Assembly (NCBI GenBank): GCA_001643675.2
Contig: LSRY02000016.1
Coordinates: 806,001-870,000, forward strand
DNA from: Monocercomonoides exilis PA203
Lineage: Eukaryota; Protista; Preaxostyla
Reading direction: 5' to 3'
DNA: 64,000 nt
In this document: piece after piece, positions 11,655 to 23,479 of the stretch
How the letters are laid out: each line of letters begins with the position of its first letter
How positions within the stretch are numbered: the first letter of the stretch is position 1
Program-made: the position numbers and the translations under genes
Notes under the pieces: generated by a model
Told to the model about the DNA's origin: nothing
What the model saw: only the letters and a program-made list of their open reading frames with translations
The model's database searches: none

Positions 11655-13140
11655 GGTATAAGGGTACAATATGGTCAAATGAGATTTTTCATTTTTTCAT
11701 CATAAAGGCAATTCTCTTTAATTATACTGTTGTTGTGTGGTGTTTTATTTCCACGGACATTGTTTGCAACAATAATATAATATTTTGAAAAATCTCACTT
11801 TTTCATATATTTATGGGTTTGATCGAAACAAAAAAATGGAACTTGTTCCAATTAATTTTGGAACAGAAAGCATATCTGATCAAAATAAGGTATTCAATAA
11901 TGAGTATTCAACGTGGACTTGGTTTCTCACTCATATTCTGGAAAATAAAGTCCCAATATGCCCAAAACATCGAATCCGAAAGAATTGTTATAAAACAGTA
12001 TCTAACTACAGATTTTGGAAGTGCCCGAAATGCACAGAAAAAACATCAGTCGACAACAATACTATTTTCGAAAATATGAAGACTCCATTAGGAACAACAT
12101 TCTTTATTTGTTTGTCCTACTGGCTAAAAATTCCAATTACAACGATTTCAACTATTCTTGGCGTTGGTAAAAAGACAGTGGGATTTAGGGGGAGCGTCAT
12201 TCGTGTGTGCTGTTCAAAATTATGGAATTCTACACAGCGAGTTGTTGGTGGAGAAGGAAAGATAGTTGAAATGGACGAGGCGATATGGAGAAAGCGAAAA
12301 TATGGAAGAGGGAGAAAGAAGGAACAGATATGGATTTTTGGCTGGGTTGAAAGGCTCGAAGGCGGAGGGACAGGATCTAGCTTTATGACCATTGTGTTGA
12401 AAAGAAAAAAAAATTACATTGATCCCAATAATCCAAAAATACATTCTTCTGAAAACAATGATCATTTCAGACGAATGGAGAACGTATTCATGTTTGGAAT
12501 CGATTGGATGCGGACATCAGACCGTCTGTCAAAAGAAAGAATACGTGATCAAAGAGACTCATGCCTGCACATACACGATTGAAGGTCAATGGTCACATTT
12601 AAAAGCGTCTTTTCCACGTTTTGGAACTAGAAAGAAGTTTATTTCTGATCATATCGCAATGTATTTTGTGAAATCCTCAATGAAGTTGAGCTTTTTGGAA
12701 CCAATGAAGCATGTTTCAAATTATAAACCAGAAAAAGAAATTGAAGAAAAGGAACATGAAGAAGAAGAAGAAGATGATGATGATGAAATTGAAAAAGATG
12801 CACCTTTTATTGAAGATATATTGGGCAATGTTAAAAATGAGACTGATATAAAATGGAAGAAGATGATACATATGGTGCTTGAGATGGAGATAGTGCTTCG
12901 GAATATTCTCTCTAAAGAAAAATATATCTATCTTTCCATTTTGTTTGAAAAAATAGTATTTTTCATATCAAAAATTTCACAGTCCCAATGAAAATATTTG
13001 AATAATTATTTTTTGTTTTTCTGTGCATAAATAAGTTTCCGTTCAGATTTAACAACATAGTTATGCTTTTCTTGATATTACCGATGCATCTATACCAAAA
13101 AATATCAAAAACTCACATGACCATATTGTACCTTTATGCC
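11655..13140 (+). mobile_element. Merlin DNA transposon copy 2, 1486 bp
   Basis: TIR ggtataagggtacaatatggtca (11655-11677) vs the reverse complement of 13118-13140, 2 mismatches. 8-bp TSD caattttt at 11647-11654 and 13141-13148. Confidence 0.93.
11785..12915 (+). pseudogene. Frameshifted Merlin/ISXO2-like transposase
   Basis: CPKH..CPKC, VGGEGKIVEMDEA, WIFGWVER. Frameshift in the A9 run 12405-12413, then ISDEWRTY and TIEGQW. A second frameshift precedes the tail EDDTYGA*DGDSASEYSL* (12856-12915). Confidence 0.9.
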
Positions 13141-13789
13141 CAATTTTTTTATTTTGAAATTCGAATATTTAGAAAAGACATGTTTTGCCATTATCTGTGG
13201 AGGAATAGAAGATTTGTCTAAATATGTTTTCAATTTTTGGAAACTGTGTGGAATAGATATTTCAAATAAGTTGAATATGGAGATTCAATATTTCCATTGA
13301 ATAAAACAGTCGAAACCTCTGATATTATTGTAAATCCATTTTCCACGTATTTTATTTTATTGTTTCTGTATCATATTTCAAAGAATATTTATGTTAATTT
13401 CTGTTTGCATTTTCATTTTTAGTGCTAATCCCAATAACTGCTTCAAGTTGACTTGCTTTCTAATTAATCAATCATCCAACAAGCAAAACAAACTGTTCAA
13501 AATCTTTTTATTAGTTCAACAGGAAAAAAGCTATCAAACATTGACTTTCAAAAAAAAAAAAAAAAAAAATGTCAAGAGTTCGATGTTTATATCTTCTTTA
13601 AAGTTTTTGTCTATACATTTAATAGCAATTAAAATAGTGGCAAAAACCGAAGAATCTATCAAATGCTTGAAAAATTTTGTATTGATATTAAAAAGAGAAC
13701 TTCAGACTCTGATTCGCTGTTCATGATTTACATCATTTCCGCATGAAAGAATTATGCAAATGAAACAATCTGAATCATTTTCAAAGCAA

Positions 13790-14460
13790 AACTTGAATTA
13801 AATTCATTCAAAAATGCAAAATTGCATACCCATTTAGCATTTTTTGCATCCTTCTTCCATCTTTTCAAACTTTTTTTTATTCTTTTCACAGTCTTCAAAA
13901 ATGGTTATTCATTTTATAATATTCCTTTTCTTGTTGCATCGCTAAGAATTCATTAAGAAACACTCACAATCATCAATAACTTCATCTTCAAAAGTTGACT
14001 GATGAATCTCCCTTGAAATGAGAGATATGATTCTTCCATAAAACAGATTTTCAACTATGAAAATTGAGTTTCCTTCTTCATCATTAAAAAATATGTGTAT
14101 GAAATGGATGCAATTTAATCTTCAGTAATCCTTTGGAACTTGGAATAACAGAACAATGCAGCTGTGCAGCCCAACAAGCTTTTTTTCGGTAACGAGCAAA
14201 TATTTATGAACTTCTTCAAAAATTTAATCTATCCTATCAAATAAGCACTTCTTTTGAATCTTCCTTGCTCTTTTCATTTTTCTTCTTTCTGTCAATGCAT
14301 TTCATTAAATCATCAAATTGGCTTGCTTCAATGTGTGCAAATAATAGTTTATTTAAAAGAATTCCTCACAATCAAAAATCATGAAATTTTCGATTTATCT
14401 CAAACTGACAAGCAATCGTTATGGCAAATCTGTTCAGATTTCTGTGCTCCAAATGATGTC
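13790..14460 (-). pseudogene. Decayed member of the lineage-specific family also at 36.8 kb and 53.2 kb
   Basis: Minus-strand KLVGLHSCIVLLFQVPKDY* and EIHQSTFEDEVIDDCECF align with ELVGLIGGVVNVFRQAKDNY and KMKQSTLQVEVIWDCLEF of the 53228 ORF. Contains stops. Confidence 0.65.
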
Positions 14461-14523
14461 CGGTTATTATTAAACCTCCACCTTTTTTTTCTGTGACCTC
14501 TTTTTTATTACAAAAGTTTCATA

Positions 14524-14683
14524 TCCCACTTTTTGAAACAATAACTTGATTTTTTGCATATAAGGAAACTTTATTGAATATTAAAAATGCATTTTGAAAT
14601 AAAGCCTATTTCTCATGTTGGGGATGGGGCAGTTGAAAACTCTCCATCAAGCTTCCACGAGTAATTGGTTGGTTTAAAGGAGT
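14524..14683 (+). ncRNA. Candidate promoter plus structured leader/ncRNA of pogo element A
   Basis: TCCCACTTTT 14524-14533; ATATAAGGAAA 14558-14568; outer stem 14604-14614/14659-14669; inner hairpin 14623-14634/14638-14648; AAGGAGT 14677-14683. Same layout as 23310-23479. Confidence 0.45.
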
Positions 14684-14793
14684 GAAAAGCCACTTTGCTC
14701 ATTCAAAATATATTTTTTTGAGTTTTTTTTTTTGAAATTCAATTTATTTTTTAAAAAAAATATGAAAATCACATCAAAATTTTAAAATGAAAA

Positions 14794-16124
14794 ATGAAAA
14801 TTCTTGTTGAAGAAAAAAGAAAAGCAGGGCAGACTAAATTAAAGCATGCGATGTTATCTTTTCAATTCAGAAAATACAAGAATAAACTTGAACGAATGGC
14901 ACATGTTGTGTATGATGGCGTCGTCAGGATCACGGACGCCATCGATTCCAAGCAATTCAGCCGCAGCAGTATTAAAAACGCCGTTCGGGCGTTGAGAACT
15001 AAAAGGCAAGTTGGAAAATTCGTGAGACCGCAGATTATAAACAGAGAGAAGGAAGAAACAGGAACGGACGTTATTAAAATAGACTCCGTTTGCGGAAGCA
15101 GTTTGATAATGAAAAAAACAAGAAAATAGGTTTGTTCAAGTTTTTTATTGTAACAATTACATTTTTTCTTTCGATGGAAAATGTTGAGAACGATACAAAA
15201 GAAGAAAACGAGCCACATATCAAAGTTTCAAATGCTGCGGCGTACGGGTTTTTGAAGCGGCATCCCGAGTTAAGGAAGAGCAAACCAAAAAGTTAAGACA
15301 TAAATCGGCTGGCTGTGTCATGTCAAACCGTGATGAAGCCCTGTTATCAAATGGTAACAGGTCAACACGAAAAAAATCATTTCACACCTTCATTAATATA
15401 TAACGTTGATGAGTCATCAGTGCGAGTTCCATCTTCTGCTAATATTGAATTTATCCATTCATCTGGACAAAGCTGTGGGTATTGCTAAGAAGCACAAAGA
15501 ATGGACAATGCAACACTAGTTGCTGCCGTGGCTGCAGATGGTTATTCATTGCCTTGCATCATTCTCTGGCCAAGTGAAAAACAACCGGACGAACTTTAGC
15601 TTCTTTTCTCTCCAACTCTGGACATCTGGCCTAACAAAAGTGGCTGGATGGACAAGCAAAACTTCAAAAAATATACAGAAACAGTTCTTCTCACTTCCAT
15701 CGTTGAAAGGAGAAAGTACATGTCACTGGAAACAGAGAAATGTCTTCTTTTCATCGACTCTCATCCTTCACGCGGTGATCCTTCAATATGGAAAGCCTTT
15801 TCAGAAAACAACATTGACGTCGTGACATTCATCCCCCACAGTACTCATTTGTCTCGGCCACTCGATGGAGGAGTATTTGCGACTCTCAAAACTTTTCTTT
15901 CTTCATCATTTGATATTCCCGCATCAACGTCATCGTCTGCTTCGAGAAAAGCACTTGTCGACGTGCTTCCTCAAGCAATTCACTCCGCTTTCACTCATTC
16001 TTTCATCAAAAATGCTTTTGAAGAAAGCGGAATCCTTCATTATACATACGGTCCGGTTCTTCGCAAACCACCAGAAACATCAAAATACCCTCTTCCTTCC
16101 CATCGTAACCGTTTTGATTATTAG
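14794..16124 (+). pseudogene. pogo/Fot-like DDE_1 transposase (DD35D) with internal stops
   Basis: HTH-like N-terminus, YGFLKRHPEL (CENP-B/Tc5-type HTH), IYNVDESS, KSGWMD, LLFIDSH followed 35 residues later by the D of RPLDGGVF. Stops at about 15294, 15487 and 15598. Confidence 0.88.
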
Positions 16125-17419
16125 GGAAAGTCTATCACTTAAAAAGAACTTCTCGACGATTGGGAAAGATTTTTGTGGATTAATGAAGAGATAGAGAAGG
16201 AAAAAGATTTGAAACAAGAGAAAGAAAACAAAAAAGATGAAATTGTTGAATTCAAACATAAAATCAAATGAAAACGTTCTGACGTTATTTTTGATGACCC
16301 AAACGAAGAGGAAAACGAAGAGATGTAAAGAAAACAAGGAAAAAGAAAGATAATTCGAAGAATTGATCCTTCTTTTGTATTTTTTTTTAATTTTTTCTTA
16401 AATTTTCACTTCAAAAATTTGGGTCAGAATAAAAAAATGGGTTAAGGTTAAATGATAACACTAAGATTGTCTCTATGTTTTCATTTGCAAAAGTTCTAAT
16501 TCAATTTTCTTTTATGAAAAAAAGGAAAATGCAATTCGAAAAAGCAAAAAAATTAAAAAAAATGAAATTGAAATGCACTTTCACCTTGTCCAAAGAAGCT
16601 CAAAGTTCTTAAAACTTTTCTTTGACTTCTTTAAATGTTCAATCGTTTTTATTTTGATCAATGCAACTTTCACGAAACAAAAAATACATTTGAGTATTTT
16701 TTCATTTGAAATATTCCATAATAGATACATGATCAATACAAATTAAAAAAACGTGTATTCTAACAGGAATCGCTTCGTAATATGCAGGCATGTACCACAG
16801 TTGTCAACAGCTTTTTGAAACATGGATTCGGAGAACCAGGATGGATGCTTTTATTCCTTCATCCTTCATTGAAAATCTAGAAAAATTTTTCGTAAAGTTA
16901 TTGAAAGAAAATATAACAGAACGAACATTTATTTAATTTGCAAAAAAGTTATAATAACATAACTTCTTTGTTTATTTGGATTAATTAATGTTTCAAATGT
17001 TATAAAACTGCAAAAACAAACTAACTTCGAAAAAATCTTTCTCTAATTCTTTCTGTTCTGAATAGGCATGAAAGGGTTTTGGTTATCGGTTGCGTGTTCA
17101 ACATTTTCCATTTGGAAAAACAGGAGATAATCAATTAGAATGTGACAAAAAGCGAATTCTATTCCTCCAAAAAAACTTTGAAAGATATCTAATTGGAAGA
17201 ATTTGTTTCTTCAAATGAATAAAAAAAGGATAATTGCTTCAATTCGAAATAATTGTCTTTTCACTCTTTCATTTTTGACTCTTTTCTTGTTTTTTACGTA
17301 CCAAATAAAGCAAGCCAAATTTATATGTTGGCGTGCTGGATGTGCCACAGTTCTTGTTGCAATGGAAACATAAGAAAATGAAAAAATTTGAATGTTCAAT
17401 TTCATTTTTCTGAACAATT

Positions 17420-17680
17420 CAGAATTTTATCAACATTGTTTTTTTGAACTGACTTAAATCAAAAACTTTTGTATGATAACTTTTTTTGCCTTGAAAAATA
17501 ACTCTCGGCGCAACGATCTGAACGAATACCAGTCTTGTACAATTCCTAATGTGTATGAAAATGATTTTGACTTTAGAAATCAACATGCAGTTGATGTTGA
17601 TCGAAGAGAAATTGTCAAAACTTCTTCTTGATCTGAATATAAAAAAAATAAAAAAAAATAAAATAAAATAAAATAAAAAA

Positions 17681-17717
<37 letters not shown>

Positions 17718-18600
17718 AATTTAATACAGTTTTATCTCCAACAGAGAAAAGACTGATGGAAAAAACAAATAAGAATTTATTTTTTGATATCACGAATGAA
17801 TTGGAAATCAAAATAGCTTATTTTATGTTTTGTTTTAAAAAAAAAGAATTTCAAAAAATTCAAGAAAAGAACTGATCTTTGTGATATTTGTGAGAAAGTG
17901 AATTCTTTTGGATAGGAAAGAAGAAAAATAAATAAAATCACATGTGAAATGATGAAAAAAGGAAGAAATTGAATCAATAGAATACAATAAAAATGTTGGA
18001 AAATGCCATCATGATTAATTTTTATCACGTCAAAAATAATACACAACTCAATGAAGAATCCATAATAATGGACTTCAAAGAGAATTGGGCTTTGTCCATT
18101 GCAAGAAACGAAACTTGAAAGAATTCTATGAATATAAAACAAATTTCACACTTGTGTTTTGTTGTTTTTATGAAGTTTACAAATTTTGTTAACTTGAGAA
18201 ATTTTGTAATAATTTCTTTTCAGAAATTTTATCTCATGATTTTTGATTTGTGTTGGAATCATTTAAACAATTATTGAAATTTGATATTTTCGAAGATGTT
18301 TCTTTTTTTCATTTCTTTTGTGATAATTGTCCTCATTTTAGGAACTCACACATATTACACTTTTTATTGTCTAATTCGTCTCCAATTCTTTGCAAATAAA
18401 ACTTGTTCTTTATCATTTTTTGCAGAGCACCACGGGAAAAGTGAGTGCGATAGTGAATTTGGGCATTTAACTCGTTTATTAATAATAATTAAAATGATAA
18501 TGTTATAATGACTATTGATGATTCTAATAATTTTTTCGATTCTAATTGCAATTCTAAATATTGAGCAAAAAATATTTTTGATTTAAATATTGATAATACT
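17420..18600 (+). pseudogene. Sola-like DDD transposase remnant
   Basis: Collinear fragments in shifting frames: KRTDLCDICEK (~17865-17897), IMDFKENWAL (~18065), LSHDF*FV (~18230), DNCPHFRN (18322), FFAEHHGKSECDSEFG (18416-18463). These match the DFxEN / DxCxxxxN / HGKxxCD pattern. No termini found. Confidence 0.65.
17656..17719 (+). repeat. (AAAT/AAAAT)n microsatellite
   Basis: Directly visible tandem aaat/aaaat run. Confidence 0.9.
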
Positions 18601-19789
18601 TCTTTTTCTGATAGTGATTCACAGATAACAATGAATGAACAGGACTTTCCAACAATTACTCCTGATTTGTCTTTTCAAACCAACGGACAAAGAGAAAATG
18701 AAACGAAACTTTTATTATTAAAGTTTGTTTAAGTTTTTTTTTTTTTTATTTGTTCAAAATTATTTTTTTGAAAACAATTAAAACGATATTTTTAAATAAC
18801 ATTTGAAGCAACTTTTAGAATCTGAAAGACATGAAATAGAAGCAGATAATGTTTGGGGTGAATAAATCATCTCTGGAATGAAGAAATTTTTTTTTTCATA
18901 AAGAAAAATAGAAAAATATTGTCTTCTCCTCTCAGCAGTATTGATTCTCAGAATTTTGAAGAAATAAATTATAGAGAAAGAAAAAGAAAAACCGAAAAGG
19001 AAAGGAAAGTTTATTTGGGGAATGGAAAGACCGAAAATTCGTTTAATATTGAAATGGATAAAAGTATTGGAAAAAGCGTGAAGAAAACAATAAAGGATAG
19101 AATGAATTATTTGAAAGCTTTTAATTATGATTCAACATTATTTAATAACACTTTTTTTTCTGATGACTCTTTAATAGGCAAAGATTCAAACTGCTCCATT
19201 GAAAGCGAATCAGGTATGAAAGGTATGCAAGAAATAAACATTTCTCCAAAGAATTGCTCTATTCATTTTCAAACCATAAATAATTATTCACATTTCAATT
19301 CTTTTGATTTCAATAGCTCTGAAGGTCATTATAATTCTTCAAATTTGTCTGATTTTTTTATTAATTCAAATTCAGCAATTGACAACAACTCCACAATGGA
19401 GGAAGATTTCTAAATGTTTATAACTTTTTTATTATAAAGTCCATTTTTTGAAGTCTTGCTTATCCAATGATATCTGTTCTTTTCAGTTTGAGGACTAAAC
19501 TGAATCCTTCCTGTTTTTTTTCAAATATTATTTGTATAAAAATTTGCAGGCCTTGGGTCCAGATTCAGTTTCCCAGGAGAATTTCAATAAATTTACTCAA
19601 AAATAATTTTTGAAAATTGTCGGTCAATGCACAAGATTCGATTTGTCACAAAATTGTCATATGTCACAGCTATGATAACAGTATATTGTGCACATAAGTG
19701 TTTTTCTGCAGATTGTGTGCAGAAACTGTGAAATGTGTTATTTTCAATTTTCGTGGAATTCAAAAATCCTATTCAATTTTTAATGATAT

Positions 19790-20051
19790 GGGTGATTATT
19801 TTTGAAATCATATCTTTTTTCGGGGTGTTGATTTTTCAAAGGTTGTTTGCTTTTTGAAAGAAAATGTTAATTAAAAAGAGCAAAATCTTGATATTTTTTT
19901 TTCAGAAAACAAATTGTTTTTCCGAATCAAAGATTAAAATGTATTCAATAAGCCTTTTCACTTTTCTATTTTTTTTTTTATTTGAATTCTTGAAATATTT
20001 TTGCACAGAAATTTTTGTATGAAAAAAACATGATTTCAAAAATAATCACCC
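19790..20051. mobile_element. MITE, 262 bp, 4-bp TSD ATAT
   Basis: Perfect 22-bp TIR gggtgattatttttgaaatcat (19790-19811 / 20030-20051). atat at 19786-19789 and 20052-20055. Confidence 0.88.
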
Positions 20052-21583
20052 ATATGAATGAGTTTTTTGATGTTTTTTATTTGTTCGTTTTTTTTATCAC
20101 AGTTTTATTGTTAGGGACATTATTTAAATCAATATGTTGGGGTGTAATTGTTCAGCATAAATTAATTGATTTTTTAATAAATATTTATTTTTGCACGGAT
20201 CAAAAAAGCTCTATTCAAATTTGGAACAAGTTAAATTGAATCTATTCAAATCATGTTTTAGCGCCTGCTAGTTGAATTTCAATTATAAAATTGTTTTCTA
20301 AAATTATTGCAGAATATTGTTGATGTCAAAAATTTTGTTCAATGCCTTTTTAAGTAGGAAAAAATTAATTGATTCATAAAAAAAAGAAATTTCTGCACAA
20401 AAGAAAGACAGAATCACTTTATGAAACAGTTAACAATAACGTTATAATCATCCACACGTATTTTTATTAACGGTCGTATATTGCACAATAACCAAAATTT
20501 CACAATATGCCAAAACCAAGTGAATATACTGCACTTTTTATATTAAAAATATTTTATTATTTTTTTTGTTCAAATATTGTCCTCAGGCAATGAAAACCAA
20601 TCTCAAATGTTTGTCTTTGATGATGCTAACAATTTTTTTATGTGTTTGTGACAATAAGCAACGATATGGCTAATTAATTTCGTTAACTTCCTTTTGTTTA
20701 GTTATCAAATTTAATATAAATATCTTAATATCATCAATTTTCAGTTCTCACTCATGAAATTTCACTTTAATAGATACCAAAACCCAAAAAAATGTTATTA
20801 TCACCATTACAGTGAAGTTATTTAAGTTTAAACAGTAATTTGATGATAATATAAATTTTTAATAAAATTTGAAAATTAAACAAATGGAAGTTTAAAAATA
20901 AAAAAATGAACCATGTATTCAGTCCAACCTGGATATAATAACATTTAATATAATCTTCATCGTTATGCTCACATTTTTTCAATGCATCGAAATTTTTGAC
21001 CGACTTTTTATTCAATTGTCATCACATATAATCACATGGGAAATATATATAATCACATTTTATTTCTTAATGGGTCGATTTTTCATTGAAAAATCGATTT
21101 TTTGATCAAAAATATAAATTTTTTGATTTCAAAATAATGTTTTTGAAAGACTAAATTATGTGAATGAAAAATAAGTATTTTTATTTCAATTAAAAAATGT
21201 GTATTTGTGAAAAATTTCCAAAAACAAAAAATTTGATACGAAAATTTTTTATATCAAAAATTATATAGGGTGATTTTTTTATCCGGACATAATTTTTATT
21301 TTTTGATAGAAAAAAAAATATTTTTTTATAAATCGCATGTTGAAATTTTCGAAAAAACGCAACAATCAATTGTTAATATAATCCATCAATTCTCTTTTAA
21401 TAATTTTTCTGGTATTTCTTCGTTCATTATCATCTTCAAAATCATCATCTTTTAAAATTTGGGATTTTGATATTTTTCTTTTTTTCGGCTTGTCTTCAGA
21501 AAACAAATCTTTTTCAATTTTTTCTACAGCAGAATCATCAATATTCTTTTCATCTTTCATCTTTTTGTATTCTTTCCATTCAT

Positions 21584-22960
21584 CTAAAAATGCTTGGTCG
21601 GGAATATTTTTTCCATGGAAATTGAAACGATGGGTTTTTTTTTCAGCTGAACTGAAGGAGTGTCAGGCAACTTCACCAATACAGTATTGGACTGCCCAGA
21701 CAGCACGCAGCTCCTTTCAAATGCAGAGTGAATTGTTGAAGGAAGCAATGCAGTTTGCAAAGCCCGTGGCAAGGCATTTGCAACTGCTTTTCGTCTGAGT
21801 GCGATCGAAGAAGATGGAACAACATTTTTTGAATTGAAACATCTTTTAAACACATCAAAAACTCCACGGTCAAGTGGCTGTGAAAGATGAGTGCTGCATG
21901 GAATAAACGTAACGACACCATTTGATGCAATTTTTTTTTTACCAAAGATCTGGCTGTGCTCTTGAAGGATGTCAATCAAAGAGAAGCAAGCATCTATCTT
22001 CGTTCATATCCAGCAATTTTCTTCTTCGGACTATTCAAGAAAGCAGACTCTATTCAGCATAGCGAGCAAACAATGCATCTGTCATCCATCCATCATTGTC
22101 TGCTCAGGCATTAGGCTGCGGGTTGAGCAAAATCTTCATTTCTGGTAACAGTTTTTTTGGATGGGAAAAGAAAAAGGCTTGGCAAAAAATAACCATCAGC
22201 GGCAACTGCAACCACAAGGGCGGAGTTTGGCATGTTGATTGGTGTTTTGGAAAACCCGACTGGAACATCTGAAGGATGAACAGCAAGTTGTTTTGTGGAG
22301 TCGGAGAGACGCAAAGAGGATTCGTCGGTGTTGAAGATGAGTGAAGTGGAGTATTTGTATGTGTTATGAAGTGATTGAAGAAGAGAGAAGAAAGGTTGAA
22401 GAGATTGTTTATTTGATACAGAAAAACGTTGAATGTCAACGTTATGAGGAATGGATGTTTTGAGATCTGGATTGCGTTTGACAAACGAATACGGAGTTGA
22501 TTTTGAAATTTTAACTTCTTGATCTTCTTCTTCTCCACTTCGAATTTTTCTATCAGTTAGCACTGATTCCATCTTTAATTATTATTAATCATAAATATAG
22601 ATAAGAAAAAAATATTAGTGCAAACCAATCGTTTAGTTTGAGTTAAAGAATAACTCACTCCTGTGATGATTACTATTCTGATTACTCCGGTTATTGCGTC
22701 TTTTTCTTCTTTTGTAACCAGCTCTGGTCGACGAACTATTCCCACGAATCTTCACTTTTCAACAGCAGAAACAGCACGATTGATGGATGAAAAAGAGAAT
22801 TCATTAAGATTAATATCTACGGTTTCACTTCATTTTCCATCAGCAATAATTGTATCAATTCGAACAAATCGATTTTTGATTTGATGGTTGTGGAAAGATT
22901 TTGTCAAATCTCTCAATTTCGTCAAACCACTTTCTTATCTTTGTTTCACTACGCTCATAC
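21584..22960 (-). pseudogene. pogo/Fot-like DDE_1 transposase, multiply frameshifted
   Basis: YSFVKRNPDL, LIFNTDESS, VAVAADGYFLP, TFIPCSTHLSQPLDRGVF. Homologous to 14794-16124. Candidate intron gtgagt...aaag at about 22573-22639. Confidence 0.88.
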
Positions 22961-23018
22961 AAATAAAATATTGGTTATGATCATTCTTTTTATTTTTAAA
23001 AAAAATTTTTTTTGAAAT

Positions 23019-23258
23019 GGGTTATTCTTTTTGAAAAGTCGCAAATGTTTAATTTTCAAACAAATCAAAAATTTCATATTTTGCTCAAATTTCTGTTTCT
23101 TCTCACGAATTTTCTTAAGAATGTTTGAAATAGCATTATCAAGATATTGATTCCATGTTTGTGAAGTTTAGTGTATGTCAACAAATTTTTGAGCAAAATA
23201 TGAAATTTTTGATTAATTGGAAAATTAAACATTTGCGACTTTTCAAAAAGAATCACCC
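23019..23258. mobile_element. MITE, 240 bp, ~71-bp TIRs, 4-bp TSD AAAT, nested in the 5' region of pogo B
   Basis: 23018-23089 vs the reverse complement of 23188-23259, 68/72 identical. aaat at 23015-23018 and 23259-23262. Terminus gggt(t/g)attctttttgaaa is nearly identical to that of the 19790 MITE. Confidence 0.88.
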
Positions 23259-23309
23259 AAATGAAAAAAAATAAAAAAATTTTTTTTCGATTAAATTCTA
23301 ACTTAGTAA

Positions 23310-23479
23310 TACCCCTTGCTATTACCTAATCTCCTCAGGGGAGGCACAAATCAGAGATGGAGGAGCTGGCCTTCCCATCTCCCCCCATCAGAGATTAGGT
23401 ATAGTAATTTGATGTTAATTTCTGACTTCTGACTTTTCCTTATATAATCAAAACTATTTATAAAATATGAAAAGTGGGA
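23310..23479 (-). ncRNA. Candidate promoter plus structured leader/ncRNA of pogo element B
   Basis: On the minus strand: TCCCACTTTT (23479-23470), ATATAAGGAAA (23445-23435), perfect 11-bp outer stem 23401-23391/23333-23323, inner stem gagatgg/ccatctc, AAGGGGT (23317-23311). A GC-rich island in very AT-rich DNA. Confidence 0.5.

Larger units (their letters stand above)
14461..16461 (+). mobile_element. pogo-like (DD35D) DNA transposon A, decayed, about 2.0 kb
   Basis: Degenerate ~38-bp TIR: gttattattaaacctccacc...tgacc from 14463 vs the reverse complement ending at 16459. TA at 16462-16463 on the right only. Encloses DDE_1 fragments. Ends are approximate. Confidence 0.7.

Noticed and set aside
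12401-12420. Programmed frameshift in the Merlin 2 A9 run
   Set aside because: It needs a +1 shift, copy 1 is continuous here, and the copy has other lesions. Homopolymer mutation or sequencing error is simpler.
21072-21100. taat|gggtcgattttt as another GGGT-type left end
   Set aside because: No matching right end was found, and the same word occurs at about 35830 in a gene's upstream region.
23323-23401. Hammerhead/HDV ribozyme, SECIS or C/D snoRNA identity for the stem-loop
   Set aside because: CUGAGGA and UGAN/NGAN are present in B, but there is no properly placed GAAA/stem II, HDV pseudoknot or apical AA. It lies 5' of the ORF and element A lacks these words. Left unassigned.
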